Shown: positions 9,568 through 19,380 of the stretch, in pieces
How the letters are laid out: each line of letters opens with the position of its first letter
Position numbering within the stretch: position 1 is the first letter of the stretch
From: Rhodospirillaceae bacterium
Lineage (GTDB): Bacteria; Pseudomonadota; Alphaproteobacteria; Rhodospirillales; Rhodospirillaceae
Reading direction: 5' to 3'
NCBI GenBank assembly: GCA_020852595.1
Contig: JADZAK010000103.1
Coordinates: 5,320-69,319 of the forward strand
Length of the DNA: 64,000 bases
The notes under the pieces: generated by a model
What the model saw: only the letters and a program-made list of their open reading frames with translations
What the model was told of the DNA's origin: nothing
Databases searched by the model: none
Translations under genes and position numbers: made by a program

Positions 9568-10380
9568 CTAGAGTTGCTCGATCTGCTCAGGATGCGTCAG
9601 GTCGACGGCGGGGCCGTTGAAGTCGCGGACATAACCGCGAATGCGCACAGCGCGCCCTTTCAATTTCAGAAGATCGAGTTTCGCCGCATTGAACAAGGGC
9701 ATGACCTCGGGCGCGATCGAAGCGGTGAAGTCGGTGCGGTAATCCTCGCCGAAATTGAGATAGACGCGTCCGCGCACCTTCGCGGTCTCGGACACAACGC
9801 CCTCGATGATCTGATAGGTGCCGATGTCGGCTTTGAGCGCCAAAGGATCGGGTTTGCGCAGCGCATAGTCCGGATGGGACCACAGACCGCGCCGGGCCGC
9901 GCGCGCCATGGCTTCGGCGGCGTAGAGATCCCGCGCGAAGAGACGGTTGTCGGGGAAGGTGTAAACCCGCGCCCAGCCTTCTTTCAGCATGTTCTCCTGG
10001 ATCCACAGACCGTCGTCGCGGATCAGATGGGCAAGGATGCGTCCGTTGCGGTCCTTGGCGGTCGTGGGCAGGCGCAACGTGATCTCATGGCCCTCCAGCA
10101 TCGCCCGCAGCGCCGCCCGGCTTTCGTCGGCCATGGGCCATGCGGCAAGATTGCGCCGGCCCTGCGGAAGCTTGGGCGCTTGGATCCCCACAAGGCGGAT
10201 ATCCACCACGCCGCCCTTGAAGCGGATGGTGTCGCCGTCATGGACCGCGCCGATGACCCCGCGTCCGCCCTCGGGCAGAGCCTCCGGACGCAGCACCGGC
10301 GCCGCGGCCAACGCAGGCAACGGCGCGGCGGCCAAGGCGGCGGCCGTCATGAACCGGCGGCGGGAGAGAAGAGACGTCAT
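9568..10380 (-). CDS. Thermonuclease (SNase) family protein, Tat/Sec-exported
   Basis: SRRRFMTAAALAAAPLPALAAAP signal. DGDTIRF...DIRLVGIQAPKL...ARAARRGLWS are SNase-fold motifs. Confidence 0.85.
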   Translation of the reverse strand: MTSLLSRRRFMTAAALAAAPLPALAAAPVLRPEALPEGGRGVIGAVHDGDTIRFKGGVVDIRLVGIQAPKLPQGRRNLAAWPMADESRAALRAMLEGHEITLRLPTTAKDRNGRILAHLIRDDGLWIQENMLKEGWARVYTFPDNRLFARDLYAAEAMARAARRGLWSHPDYALRKPDPLALKADIGTYQIIEGVVSETAKVRGRVYLNFGEDYRTDFTASIAPEVMPLFNAAKLDLLKLKGRAVRIRGYVRDFNGPAVDLTHPEQIEQL

Positions 10381-10407
10381 GGGCGGACTTTAAAACAAAA
10401 CGGCCCC

Positions 10408-10445
10408 GTAAAACAAAAACGGCCCCGCGGATGCGAGGCCGTTTT
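10408..10445 (-). terminator. Intrinsic terminator downstream of carD
   Basis: 10-bp stem aacggccccg (10418-10427) / cgaggccgtt (10434-10443) with one G.U pair. On the minus strand it is followed by tttttgtttt. Confidence 0.7.
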
Positions 10446-10463
10446 CTTCGAAATCTAAAAAGC

Positions 10464-10994
10464 CTAGGCGGCGTTCAGAAGCTTCTCGAGCTTCGCGGTG
10501 GCCGCTTCCGGCTTGATCTTCTCAACGGCGGCGACTTCGTGAGCCAGGCGCTCAAGGGCCTGTTCATAGATCTGCCGTTCGCTGTAGGACTGTTCAGGCT
10601 GTGAAGCGCCGCGATGCAGGTCGCGGACCACTTCAGCGATCGAAACGGGATCGCCGGAGTTGATCTTGGCTTCGTATTCCTGCGCGCGGCGGCTCCACAT
10701 AGCGCGCTTCACGCGGGCGCGGCCCTTGAGAGTCGTCAAAGCCGCTTCCATCACCTTGCGGGTGGAGAGCTTGCGCAGGCCGGAGTTTTCGACTTTACGG
10801 ACGGGGACGCGCAGCGTCATACGGTCGCGTTCGAAGCTGATGACGAACAGCTCAACCTTCTGGCCGGCAATCAGCTGGGACTCGATGCTGGTCACCTTGC
10901 CGACGCCATGGGCCGGATAAACGACAAAATCGCCCGCCGAGAACGGCGCCACGATCTTCGGTTCTTTCGCACTCTTGGTTGCTGTCTTGGGCAT
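10464..10994 (-). CDS. carD: CarD family transcriptional regulator
   Basis: FSAGDFVVYPAHGVGKVTSIE...ELFVISFERDRMTLRVPV. I chose the ATG at 10994 (MPKTATKS); the track ORF starts 20 codons upstream. Confidence 0.9.
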   Translation of the reverse strand: MPKTATKSAKEPKIVAPFSAGDFVVYPAHGVGKVTSIESQLIAGQKVELFVISFERDRMTLRVPVRKVENSGLRKLSTRKVMEAALTTLKGRARVKRAMWSRRAQEYEAKINSGDPVSIAEVVRDLHRGASQPEQSYSERQIYEQALERLAHEVAAVEKIKPEAATAKLEKLLNAA

Positions 10995-11204
10995 TTTTAG
11001 GTCTCTCCACACCAGGGGCCTGTTCTTTATTGGCGCTGACCCCGGATCCCCCATCGTCCGTCCTTGCCTGTGGACAGATTCTCATTGTCGGACCGGGCCA
11101 CCCCTCGCCGTTGAGGCGTAGGAGCAGAACGCGTTCTCCCGTGTCAGCGCAAGAAATTGCGGTTTATCAATAACTTACCGCTAGATCGTGAGATGGTACG
11201 CGAG

Positions 11205-11237
11205 AGAAAAAATAGTCCGCCGGTTCCCCGACGGACT
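11205..11237 (-). terminator. Intrinsic terminator downstream of fdxA
   Basis: Minus strand reads agtccgtcgg-ggaa-ccggcggact (11237-11214), followed by atttttt. Confidence 0.7.
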
Positions 11238-11328
11238 AGGCAATTATATAGCACAAAAAGGGGGTCAAAAACAGCGCTAAAGCTCCGCGCCCCCCGCAGG
11301 GCACGGATGCAAAGGCTGGGAAACAGCG

Positions 11329-11664
11329 TTAGGCGTTAGATCCCGGCTTGGAGCTAAGCAGCTGTTTCTTATCGGGTTTTCCCTTCCATTCGTCGGCGTC
11401 GGAAGGGGTTTCGCCCTTGGCCGTGATGTTCGGCCACTTGTCGGCATATTCTTTATTGATATCAGACCATTCGGTCGCCGCTTCGTCCGAATCGGGGACG
11501 ATGGCTTCGGCCGGGCATTCTGGCTCGCACACGCCGCAGTCAATGCATTCATCCGGATGAATGACGAGCATGTTCTCGCCTTCGTAGAAGCAGTCCACCG
11601 GACACACTTCGACGCAATCCATGTATTTGCACTTGATGCAGTTTTCCGTGACGACGTACGCCAT
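11329..11664 (-). CDS. fdxA: 7Fe ferredoxin (3Fe-4S plus 4Fe-4S)
   Basis: [28 protein letters not shown]...[12 protein letters not shown]. Confidence 0.92.
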   Translation of the reverse strand: MAYVVTENCIKCKYMDCVEVCPVDCFYEGENMLVIHPDECIDCGVCEPECPAEAIVPDSDEAATEWSDINKEYADKWPNITAKGETPSDADEWKGKPDKKQLLSSKPGSNA

Positions 11665-11767
11665 TAAATCCCCTCGTGGCCTGATATGTTACTGGGGCGA
11701 TGTCACAGGCTTCAGGTACTTCGTTTCGCGCGGAGGCGCAAGTCATGGCAACCGCAAAGAGTGTTTC

Positions 11768-12382
11768 ATGAACGATATCAAACAGATTCCCCCCGCAAGT
11801 GTCCGCAATACCCCGCCCCTTCTCGAGGTCCTGCGCCGCGCCTTCGCGCCCGGACGGCTTCCGCGCGGCCTGGTTCTCGAGATCGCGTCGGGCTCGGGCT
11901 ATCACGCGGCGGCGTTCGCGAAGGAACTGCCGCACCTCGACTGGCAGCCGAGCGATCCCGATGAAGGCGCCCGCGCAAGCATAGCCGCCTATGTCGCCGA
12001 CGCGGGACTCGCGAACCTGCGCGCGCCTGTCGTCCTTGATGTGACCCGCGCGCCGTGGCCCGTCGACCGCGCTGACGCCATGCTGTGCATCAATATGATC
12101 CACATCTCTCCGTGGGAGGCGACCGTCGCCCTGTTCGACGGCGCGCGGCGCACCCTGGCCGCGGGCGCGACATTGCTCACCTACGGGCCCTACGTGATCG
12201 ATGGCGACTACCAGGCCGACAGCAACGTCGCTTTCGACCGGTCTTTGCGCGCGCGCAACCCCGCCTGGGGCATCCGCGATCTCAAGGACATCGAACCGCT
12301 TGCGCGCGCGCGCGGGTTCTCCCTCGCCGAGCGGATCGCGATGCCCGCCAACAACCATACGCTCGTGTTCAGAAAAACCTGA
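11768..12382 (+). CDS. DUF938-type class I SAM-dependent methyltransferase
   Basis: RNTPPLLEVLRRAF...VLEIASGSGYHAAAFA...LCINMIHISPW. Start trimmed to ATG 11768 (MNDIKQ). Confidence 0.75.
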   Translation: MNDIKQIPPASVRNTPPLLEVLRRAFAPGRLPRGLVLEIASGSGYHAAAFAKELPHLDWQPSDPDEGARASIAAYVADAGLANLRAPVVLDVTRAPWPVDRADAMLCINMIHISPWEATVALFDGARRTLAAGATLLTYGPYVIDGDYQADSNVAFDRSLRARNPAWGIRDLKDIEPLARARGFSLAERIAMPANNHTLVFRKT

Positions 12383-13872
12383 TGTCCGGCGCGCCAACGT
12401 ACAAAGCCGCGGTCGCGGCCGGCGACTGGGAGAGCGTGGAAGCGGCCCTCACCGCCGCGGCGCCGTCCGCCGCCGACGACGTCCTGAACCAGCTTTCGCT
12501 GATCCAGTACCAACACCAGGACTTCCGCGCCTGCGAACAGACTCTCGAACGCCTCGTGGCGCTCACGCCGGGCGCGCCGCTCGCGGTGTATCAACGGCTG
12601 GCAAAGGTCAAAGGCGCCGCCGGCCGTCCCGACGAAGCCCGCGCGACGATGGCACGCGGGGTTGGCGCACATCCGGACTCGACCGACTTTATTGCGGCCT
12701 ACGCGGACATGCTGCCCACGGACGACGCCGTGCGCGAACTGGAAAAACATCTGGAGAGCATACGGCTGGATCCGGTCCGCGCCGCTTATACGCTGGTCCG
12801 GCTTTCGACGTATCGCGCGCCCGGCCGCCGCGCCGCACGCGGCCTGCCGGCGCATGGCGCCTCCTGGCCGGACACCTACCAGTGGCCCGACGGCGACGCC
12901 CTCGCGGAGATCAAAGACGCGCTGAACAATGAGATCGTCGCGGGGAGCCGCCGTGCAAGCGCCTGGGCCGACCTCGCGTGCGTGGCGATCGCCGAGGGCA
13001 ATTGGAACCGCGCCGAGGAATGCTTCGCGCGGCTGCGGCATGGACCAAAACGTACACCGGCGGACTTCCACGCCTTCGGTGAACGCTTCCATGCCCAATT
13101 GGACGCGATGAGCGATGCCGATATCACAAGCGGCCTCGCGCCCGTCGAACACCTCGTCACGCCCGCGTTCCAATCGGATGTAAGTATTTTTATCGGCAGC
13201 GATCCCGTCTATTTCGCCCGCTTCACCCTGCCGTTCATCCGGCACGTTGAAAGCGCCGCCTTCCCGCTGGATGTGCATGCTCATATCCTCGACGGAACAC
13301 AGGAGTCCTGGGTCGAGATCATCCGCGCGCTCGGTGGGCTCAAGTCCGTGCGCGTCACGTTGACGGCCGAAGCGTCGGGCGCCGCGCGGCAAGCCGGGAA
13401 CTACGCCCGGCTCTACTATCACGCCGTCAGATATGTCCGTGCGTACGGCGAATTGAAACGCGCGAACCGCCCCCTCTGGGTGCTGGATGCCGACGTAAGG
13501 TTGCAGCGTGATCCGCGCGCGCTCCTCGGCTCGATTGCGCGTTACGATCTGGCCGTCAACACGCGGCCCGCGGATTTCTCGCCGAACCTAAAAATGACCG
13601 CCGCCTGCGTCGGCCTTGCGCCGACCCCGCGGGGTTTGGAGTTCGCGCGCCGCGTCGCGGCTTACATCACACATTGGAAAAACAAGGACGCCTGGGGATG
13701 GGGCATCGATCAGGTGGCGCTGTTCTCAAGCTATGCGCATATGAGCGCGGTGAACCGTCAGCCGTCGACACTGTTCCTGGATGATACCGCGGTGAATTGG
13801 CGAACCGGCGACAACGGCGTCATCAAACTCATCCCCGGGATGGACAAGTACAGCGCCGGATCAGCGGCCTGA
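12382..13872 (+). CDS. Hypothetical protein: helical/TPR-like N-terminal half and a GT-A-like C-terminal half with LDAD
   Basis: ATG at 12382 overlaps the DUF938 stop (TGATG). The C-terminal half has VLDADVRL and WGWGIDQ. No family is recognised with confidence. Confidence 0.65.
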   Translation: MSGAPTYKAAVAAGDWESVEAALTAAAPSAADDVLNQLSLIQYQHQDFRACEQTLERLVALTPGAPLAVYQRLAKVKGAAGRPDEARATMARGVGAHPDSTDFIAAYADMLPTDDAVRELEKHLESIRLDPVRAAYTLVRLSTYRAPGRRAARGLPAHGASWPDTYQWPDGDALAEIKDALNNEIVAGSRRASAWADLACVAIAEGNWNRAEECFARLRHGPKRTPADFHAFGERFHAQLDAMSDADITSGLAPVEHLVTPAFQSDVSIFIGSDPVYFARFTLPFIRHVESAAFPLDVHAHILDGTQESWVEIIRALGGLKSVRVTLTAEASGAARQAGNYARLYYHAVRYVRAYGELKRANRPLWVLDADVRLQRDPRALLGSIARYDLAVNTRPADFSPNLKMTAACVGLAPTPRGLEFARRVAAYITHWKNKDAWGWGIDQVALFSSYAHMSAVNRQPSTLFLDDTAVNWRTGDNGVIKLIPGMDKYSAGSAA

Positions 13873-14181
13873 CGTGTGAAGCGGCAAGCCGGCGTCCTCC
13901 CACGAAAGACGTTCGGGCGGCGCCGGCTCCTCATACAACATCCGCGCTTCCGTCGGGGACCCGCGCCGTTCGCCGGTGTCGCGCACGATAACAGTGCGCC
14001 TTACGGGTCCCAGCACCACGGCAACGATGTCACCCGCGTCCACCTGCGCGCTGGTTTTCAACACTTGGGCGCCGTTGACGGTGACCTGACCGCGTTCGAT
14101 GAGTTTCTGCGTCATCGCGCGCGTCTTGGCGAAGCGCGCATACCACAGCCATTTATCCAGGCGCAGGGATTCGCCGCTCAC
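13861..14181 (-). CDS. hslR: RNA-binding S4 domain protein (Hsp15/HslR-like)
   Basis: LRLDKWLWYARFAKTRAMTQKLIERGQVTVNG. Its GTG start overlaps the helicase stop (GTGA). Confidence 0.85.
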   Translation of the reverse strand: MSGESLRLDKWLWYARFAKTRAMTQKLIERGQVTVNGAQVLKTSAQVDAGDIVAVVLGPVRRTVIVRDTGERRGSPTEARMLYEEPAPPERLSWEDAGLPLHTSGR

Positions 14182-16706
14182 GACGACATCAACTGCTTGA
14201 GTTTGGCGAAGGGAGAATCCTCGTTCACCGTGGGGGCCTGCGGTTTGCGCCGATGCTTGCCGGGCGGGTGATGCGCCCGGCGGCGCTTCAACCGGAACAC
14301 GAGGCCGGCGTCCTCGATCTTCGCCTTGAAGCCAATCGCCCGCAGCACGTCCGCGCCGGTCGCGGCGTTGATCCCAAGCAGCGAAAGGGTTTCGGGCGGC
14401 AAAACACCGGTCTTCTCGCGCGCGAGTTTCCGCGCGGCCGCGGCAAAGCGCTCGAGCATGTCGATGCGATAGCCGGCGCCGCTCACCGGCTGATAGCCGC
14501 AGGCGTGGTAGAAGTCGTGGGGCACACCGGATGCGAGCGGGATCGAGACGCGGCCCGGGGCGGGCAGACGCGGGGCTGGAGTGTCGCGGTGACCGGCGAT
14601 CCAGAGCTGACCGCGCAAACGCGCCGGCGCGGCTTTCAGAAGCGCCGGCATGAAAACATGCTCCACGCCGAAACGCACCCCGGCGCGCGCGAGCGCCTTG
14701 CGGTCCGCCGCGCTCAAGGCTTTCAGCTGCTGCTCGACGACGGCGCGCGGCACGACGCCGAGGGTCTCGGTGAGATGGAACAGAATGCCGCGCACCGCCG
14801 GCGGGGCGGCGTCTTGCCGCGCTTTTGCCAGCGGTTCGAGCAGATGGCCGATATGCGCGCTGAGCCAGGCGCGTAAACGCGCTTCGAGTTTCAGACGATC
14901 GGCCGGTTCAATGCGCTCATCCGGCGGCAACTCGATTTGCGGCCTTAAGGGTTCGCTGCCGCCGGCGAGCACGGCAACCGCCTCGCCCTGCCAGACGATC
15001 CGCGCCTCATCGTCGAGGGAGATGTCTTTGTCGTCCGCTGCGAGGATCGTTTCGATGCGCGCGGCGATCAGGGGCCTGAGCGCGGCATTGGCGGCATTGA
15101 GCACGGCTTTGTCGGCGGCCTTGAGCCCGGTGCGGTCCGCGCGGAATCGCAATCCTTCCAGATGACCGAGCCGGTGACCGTCCACACTCACCACGCCGTC
15201 GGCGGCGATATCGGCGGCCATCAGATCGTCGCCGCGCAGACGCTTCACCAGATGGGCCGTACGGCTGTCGACAAATTGCTTGGTGAGCTTGTCGTGCAAG
15301 GCGTCCGACAGCCGGTCTTCGACCTCGCGCGTCTTCTCCTGCCATTCGCGCCCATCCGGCATCCAGTCGCCGCGGTGTGAAAGATAAGTCCAGGTACGGA
15401 TCGCCGCGATACGGTCCATGAGCACATGGATATCGCCGTCGGTGCGGTTGAGGCGGTCCACATGCCCGGCGATCCAGTCGTTTGGCATGACTTCGTCGCC
15501 GTGGGTGAGGTGGTCGTAGACCTGCGCCATCAGGCGGCTGTGGAGCTCCGGGCGAACTTTGCGGAAGTCCGGCACCTGGGCGACGTCCCACAACAGGCGC
15601 AGGCGCGCCGGTGAAACGGCGCGCTCACGCACAACCGCGTCCTTCGTCATGGCCTCGAGCACTAACTGGTCGTCGGCCGGCGGCGGGCGCACCAGGGAGG
15701 GCGACGGCGGCGGATACTTGAGCGAAGAGAGAAGCGCTTCGAGCGAGGTGAACCGCAGTTCGCTGTTGCGCCAATACAAACTCTGGAGCGGGGGAAACTC
15801 GTGCGATTCCACGCGCGCGACGATCTCGGGCTCGATCTCGGGCAATTCCGCCGTCACGCCGAAAGTACCGTCATTCATGTGACGGCCCGCGCGCCCGGCG
15901 ATCTGGGCGACTTCCGAGGCGTTGAGGGGGCGCGGCGCGCGGCCGTCGAACTTGCTCATGGAGGCGAAAGCCACATGGTCGACATCCATGTTGAGGCCCA
16001 TGCCGATCGCGTCCGTCGCGACCATGTAGTCCACGTCGCCGCTTTGGTAGAGCGCGACCTGGGCGTTGCGGGTCCGCGGCGAAAGCGCGCCCATCACGAC
16101 GGCCGCGCCGCCGCGATGACGGCGGATAAGCTCCGCGATGCCGTAAACCTCGGACACGGAAAACGCCACGACCGCCGAGCGGCGCGGCAAGCGTGTCAGT
16201 TTCTTCGCGCCGGTATAGGTGAGCTTTGAGAACCGCGGACGCGTGACGAACTCCACACCCGGCACAAGGCGCCGGATCAGCGGTTTGACGGTCTCGGCGC
16301 CGAGGAACATGGTCTCGACGGCGCCGCGCGCATGCAAAAGCCGGTGCGTGAAGACGTGGCCCCGGTCGGAATCGGCGGCGAGTTGGATTTCGTCGACACA
16401 AAGAAACGCGACTTCGCGGTCGAGCGGCATGCTCTCGACGGTACAGATGTAATAACGCGGATTCGGCGGGACGATTTTCTCCTCGCCGGTGATGAGCGCG
16501 ACCACGCCCGCGCCGCGCGCACGGACGACGCGGTCGTAGTTCTCACGCGCGAGCAGCCGCAACGGAAAGCCGATCATGCCGCTGGCATGACCGAGCATGC
16601 GGTCCATGGCGAGGTAGGTTTTACCGGTGTTGGTAGGTCCAAGCACGGCCGTGACGGCGCCGATGCGAGGCACCGGCGCCGGCTCGGAACGGGAATCGGC
16701 GGTCAC
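14178..16706 (-). CDS. Superfamily-2 ATP-dependent helicase (Suv3-like), conserved alphaproteobacterial type
   Basis: Walker A GPTNTGKT, DEIQ box, ATDAIGMGLN and QIAGRAGR motifs, with a long C-terminal extension. Confidence 0.85.
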   Translation of the reverse strand: MTADSRSEPAPVPRIGAVTAVLGPTNTGKTYLAMDRMLGHASGMIGFPLRLLARENYDRVVRARGAGVVALITGEEKIVPPNPRYYICTVESMPLDREVAFLCVDEIQLAADSDRGHVFTHRLLHARGAVETMFLGAETVKPLIRRLVPGVEFVTRPRFSKLTYTGAKKLTRLPRRSAVVAFSVSEVYGIAELIRRHRGGAAVVMGALSPRTRNAQVALYQSGDVDYMVATDAIGMGLNMDVDHVAFASMSKFDGRAPRPLNASEVAQIAGRAGRHMNDGTFGVTAELPEIEPEIVARVESHEFPPLQSLYWRNSELRFTSLEALLSSLKYPPPSPSLVRPPPADDQLVLEAMTKDAVVRERAVSPARLRLLWDVAQVPDFRKVRPELHSRLMAQVYDHLTHGDEVMPNDWIAGHVDRLNRTDGDIHVLMDRIAAIRTWTYLSHRGDWMPDGREWQEKTREVEDRLSDALHDKLTKQFVDSRTAHLVKRLRGDDLMAADIAADGVVSVDGHRLGHLEGLRFRADRTGLKAADKAVLNAANAALRPLIAARIETILAADDKDISLDDEARIVWQGEAVAVLAGGSEPLRPQIELPPDERIEPADRLKLEARLRAWLSAHIGHLLEPLAKARQDAAPPAVRGILFHLTETLGVVPRAVVEQQLKALSAADRKALARAGVRFGVEHVFMPALLKAAPARLRGQLWIAGHRDTPAPRLPAPGRVSIPLASGVPHDFYHACGYQPVSGAGYRIDMLERFAAAARKLAREKTGVLPPETLSLLGINAATGADVLRAIGFKAKIEDAGLVFRLKRRRAHHPPGKHRRKPQAPTVNEDSPFAKLKQLMSS

Positions 16707-16737
16707 GGCCCGCGTCTATCCTCCGGGAAGGAGGGGT

Positions 16738-17127
16738 TTAGAACCCCTCGTTGATTTCGCGCGCGACTTCTTTCCCGCCGCGACCCTCGCGCCGGCGGCG
16801 CGTGTAGTCCTTGAGCTGGCGTTCCATGGCCGCGAAGGCGTCGCGCAACGCAATTTGAATGTCCTCATGATCTTTCAGGCTTTCGTCGCGCTTGGGATCG
16901 CGCTTCACGACCAACTCGTCACCCGGCACTTCCAGCACGATTGAAATGTGGTACGGCTGGCCGTTGGCGCTGGCGTGGGTATTTCTGTGATGCCGCTCTA
17001 CAACCACCCGGCATCCGGTTATCCGATCGAAGTACGTCTCCAGTTTCGCAACCTTCTCCCGGATCCGCGTTTCGACCGCTTCAGACGAGTCGAGACCGTG
17101 GAAGGAAATCTGGACTGGGACTTGCAT
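16738..17127 (-). CDS. HPF/RaiA family ribosome-associated protein
   Basis: MQVPVQISFHGLDSSEAVETRIREKVAKLETYFDRITGCRVVVE fits the HPF/YfiA N-terminal pattern. Confidence 0.7.
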   Translation of the reverse strand: MQVPVQISFHGLDSSEAVETRIREKVAKLETYFDRITGCRVVVERHHRNTHASANGQPYHISIVLEVPGDELVVKRDPKRDESLKDHEDIQIALRDAFAAMERQLKDYTRRRREGRGGKEVAREINEGF

Positions 17128-17410
17128 TTCAGGCTCCGTACTGTTGATTCAAACTCGACTGACTTAGACTCGACCCCTTTGTCCCTGATCGCCGCCGTCG
17201 GACGGATCAGGAGCACCCCCATCCATGATGATGGGACTTCAGAGGTCCGAGAGCAACTGCTTCAGATCCTTATCGGCGCGAAAAAGACAATGCGAACAAG
17301 CGCTGGAGCCTCTTGCCAGATCGGGTAGACCGACACATATCTGCGCCGCCCGAGTCTCCCTTTGGTCCGGGCCCAACCACGAATTTCAAATCCTCGCACG
17401 GGATCAGCCT

Positions 17411-19282
17411 ATGAGCACCACAACCTCCGCGCCGGAAACGCGCGCGTTCCAGGCCGAAGTCGCCAAACTTCTCGATATCGTCGTCCACTCGCTTTATTCG
17501 AACCGCGAGATCTTCCTGCGCGAGCTGATTTCAAACGCGTCGGACGCCTGCGACAAGCTGCGCTACGCCGCCCTCACGGAATCCAAATTGCTGGAAGACG
17601 GCGGCGCGGACTTTGCCATCCACATCTCGTTCGACAAAGCCGCGAAGACACTGACCGTCGCCGACAACGGCATCGGCATGTCGCGCGACGAACTGATCGC
17701 CAACCTCGGCACCATCGCCAAGTCCGGCACGTCGGAATTCGTCAAAGCGCTGGCGAAAGACAAAGATGCCAAGTCCAAGGACGTGAACCTGATCGGCCAG
17801 TTCGGCGTGGGCTTCTATTCGGCCTTCATGGTCGCCGACAAAGTCGAAGTGATCTCGCGCAAGGCCGGTGAATCTCACGGCTGGATATGGACCAGCGACG
17901 GCAAGGGCGAATTCAGCGTCGGCGAGCGCTCCGACGCCGCCCGCGGCACGCGCATCACGCTGCATCTCAAAGCCGACGCCGAAGACTTCCTCGACGCCCA
18001 TCGCTTGCGCCACGTTGTGAAGACCTACTCCGATCACATCGCGTTGCCGGTGATCCTGGACGCTCAAGCCGGCGAGGCCGAGGCGAAGGACGAAACCCTC
18101 AACAGCGCGTCGGCCCTGTGGATGCGCTCCAAGAGCGAGATCACGCCGGAGCAGTACACCGAGTTCTATCACAGCATCGGACACGGCTTTGACGAGCCCT
18201 GGCATACGCTGCACTACCGCGCCGAGGGCGCGATCGAATACACCGCGCTCCTGTTCATCCCGTCGCAAAAGCCTTTCGACCTGTTCCACCCGGAACGCAA
18301 AGGTCAGGTGCGGCTGTATGTGAACCGCGTGTTCATCTCGGATTCACTGGACGGCATGCTGCCGCGCTATCTCCGTTTCGTACGCGGCGTGGTGGATTCC
18401 TCGGATCTGCCGCTGAACATCAGCCGCGAGATGCTTCAGGACAACCCGATGCTGCGCAAGATCCAGGGCGGCCTCGTGAAACGCCTCCTCAAGGACCTCA
18501 AGGACCGCGCCGCCGATCAGGAGGCTTACGGCACGTTCTGGAAGACCTTCGGTCCGGTCTTCAAGGAAGGTCTCTACGAGGACTTCGAACGCCGTGAGGA
18601 CCTGCTCGATCTCGCGCGCCTCACCACCACCGCCGGCGACATGGTGAGCCTGAAGGACTATGTGGCCCGCATGAAGGACGGCCAGGAGGCGATCTATTAC
18701 ATCACGGGCGAAAAGCTCGATGCGCTGAAGGCCAGCCCGCAGCTCGAAGGCTTTGCGGCGAAGGGCATCGAAGTGCTTCTGCTCACCGACCCCATCGACG
18801 AGTTCTGGGTGCCGTCGGTGAACGCCTACGACAAGAAGCCGTTCAAGTCGGTGGCGGAAGCCGGCACCGATCTTTCCAAAGTGAAGGGCGCCGAAGAGAA
18901 GCCCGAAGAACCCGCCGCCGATGTGGCGGACGCCATCGCCAAGCTGAAGACGGCGCTCGGCGACGCCGTCGCCGACGTTCGCGTGTCGGTGCGCTTGACC
19001 GAAAGCCCGGTCTGCCTCGTGGCCGATACCGGGGGCATGAGCCTGCATCTTGCGCGCATGCTGAGACAGCATGGCGAAGGGGCCGATCTCGGCATCCGCA
19101 AGGTCCTCGAGGTCAATCCGAAGCACGCGTTGATCAAGCGCATCGAATCCCTCGACGGCGAATCCCTGAACGACGCGGCGCTTCTGCTGCTCGACCAGGC
19201 GCGCATTGTCGAAGGCGAGGCGGTGCCCGACCCGGCGGCGTTTGCCCGCAGGCTCGCGCGCGTTATGGAAAAAGGCCTGTAA
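17411..19282 (+). CDS. htpG: Molecular chaperone HtpG (Hsp90)
   Basis: FQAEVAKLLDIVVHSLYSNREIFLRELISNASDACDKLRY, DNGIGM, GQFGVGFYSAFMVA. Start trimmed to ATG 17411. Confidence 0.95.
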   Translation: MSTTTSAPETRAFQAEVAKLLDIVVHSLYSNREIFLRELISNASDACDKLRYAALTESKLLEDGGADFAIHISFDKAAKTLTVADNGIGMSRDELIANLGTIAKSGTSEFVKALAKDKDAKSKDVNLIGQFGVGFYSAFMVADKVEVISRKAGESHGWIWTSDGKGEFSVGERSDAARGTRITLHLKADAEDFLDAHRLRHVVKTYSDHIALPVILDAQAGEAEAKDETLNSASALWMRSKSEITPEQYTEFYHSIGHGFDEPWHTLHYRAEGAIEYTALLFIPSQKPFDLFHPERKGQVRLYVNRVFISDSLDGMLPRYLRFVRGVVDSSDLPLNISREMLQDNPMLRKIQGGLVKRLLKDLKDRAADQEAYGTFWKTFGPVFKEGLYEDFERREDLLDLARLTTTAGDMVSLKDYVARMKDGQEAIYYITGEKLDALKASPQLEGFAAKGIEVLLLTDPIDEFWVPSVNAYDKKPFKSVAEAGTDLSKVKGAEEKPEEPAADVADAIAKLKTALGDAVADVRVSVRLTESPVCLVADTGGMSLHLARMLRQHGEGADLGIRKVLEVNPKHALIKRIESLDGESLNDAALLLLDQARIVEGEAVPDPAAFARRLARVMEKGL

Positions 19283-19289
19283 CTCATTT

Positions 19290-19313
19290 GAACGCCTCCG
19301 CCCGGAGGCGTTC
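19290..19313. terminator. Stem-loop between the convergent htpG and TPR-GT9 genes (no U-tract)
   Basis: gaacgcctcc (19290-19299), loop gccc, ggaggcgttc (19304-19313). Perfect 10-bp stem. Confidence 0.4.
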
Positions 19314-19380
19314 AACGGCGACGCCGAGACCGATCACATCCTAGCCGCCGTCGGGGCGGTGCAATGCGACCGTGCCTCAA

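Noticed and set aside
17128-17410. RpoH-type promoter for htpG (CTTGCC...CACATATCT).
   Set aside because: The spacing between CTTG and the best -10-like heptamer is 18-20 nt rather than 16-17, and the heptamer match is weak. That is not enough support to list it as a feature.
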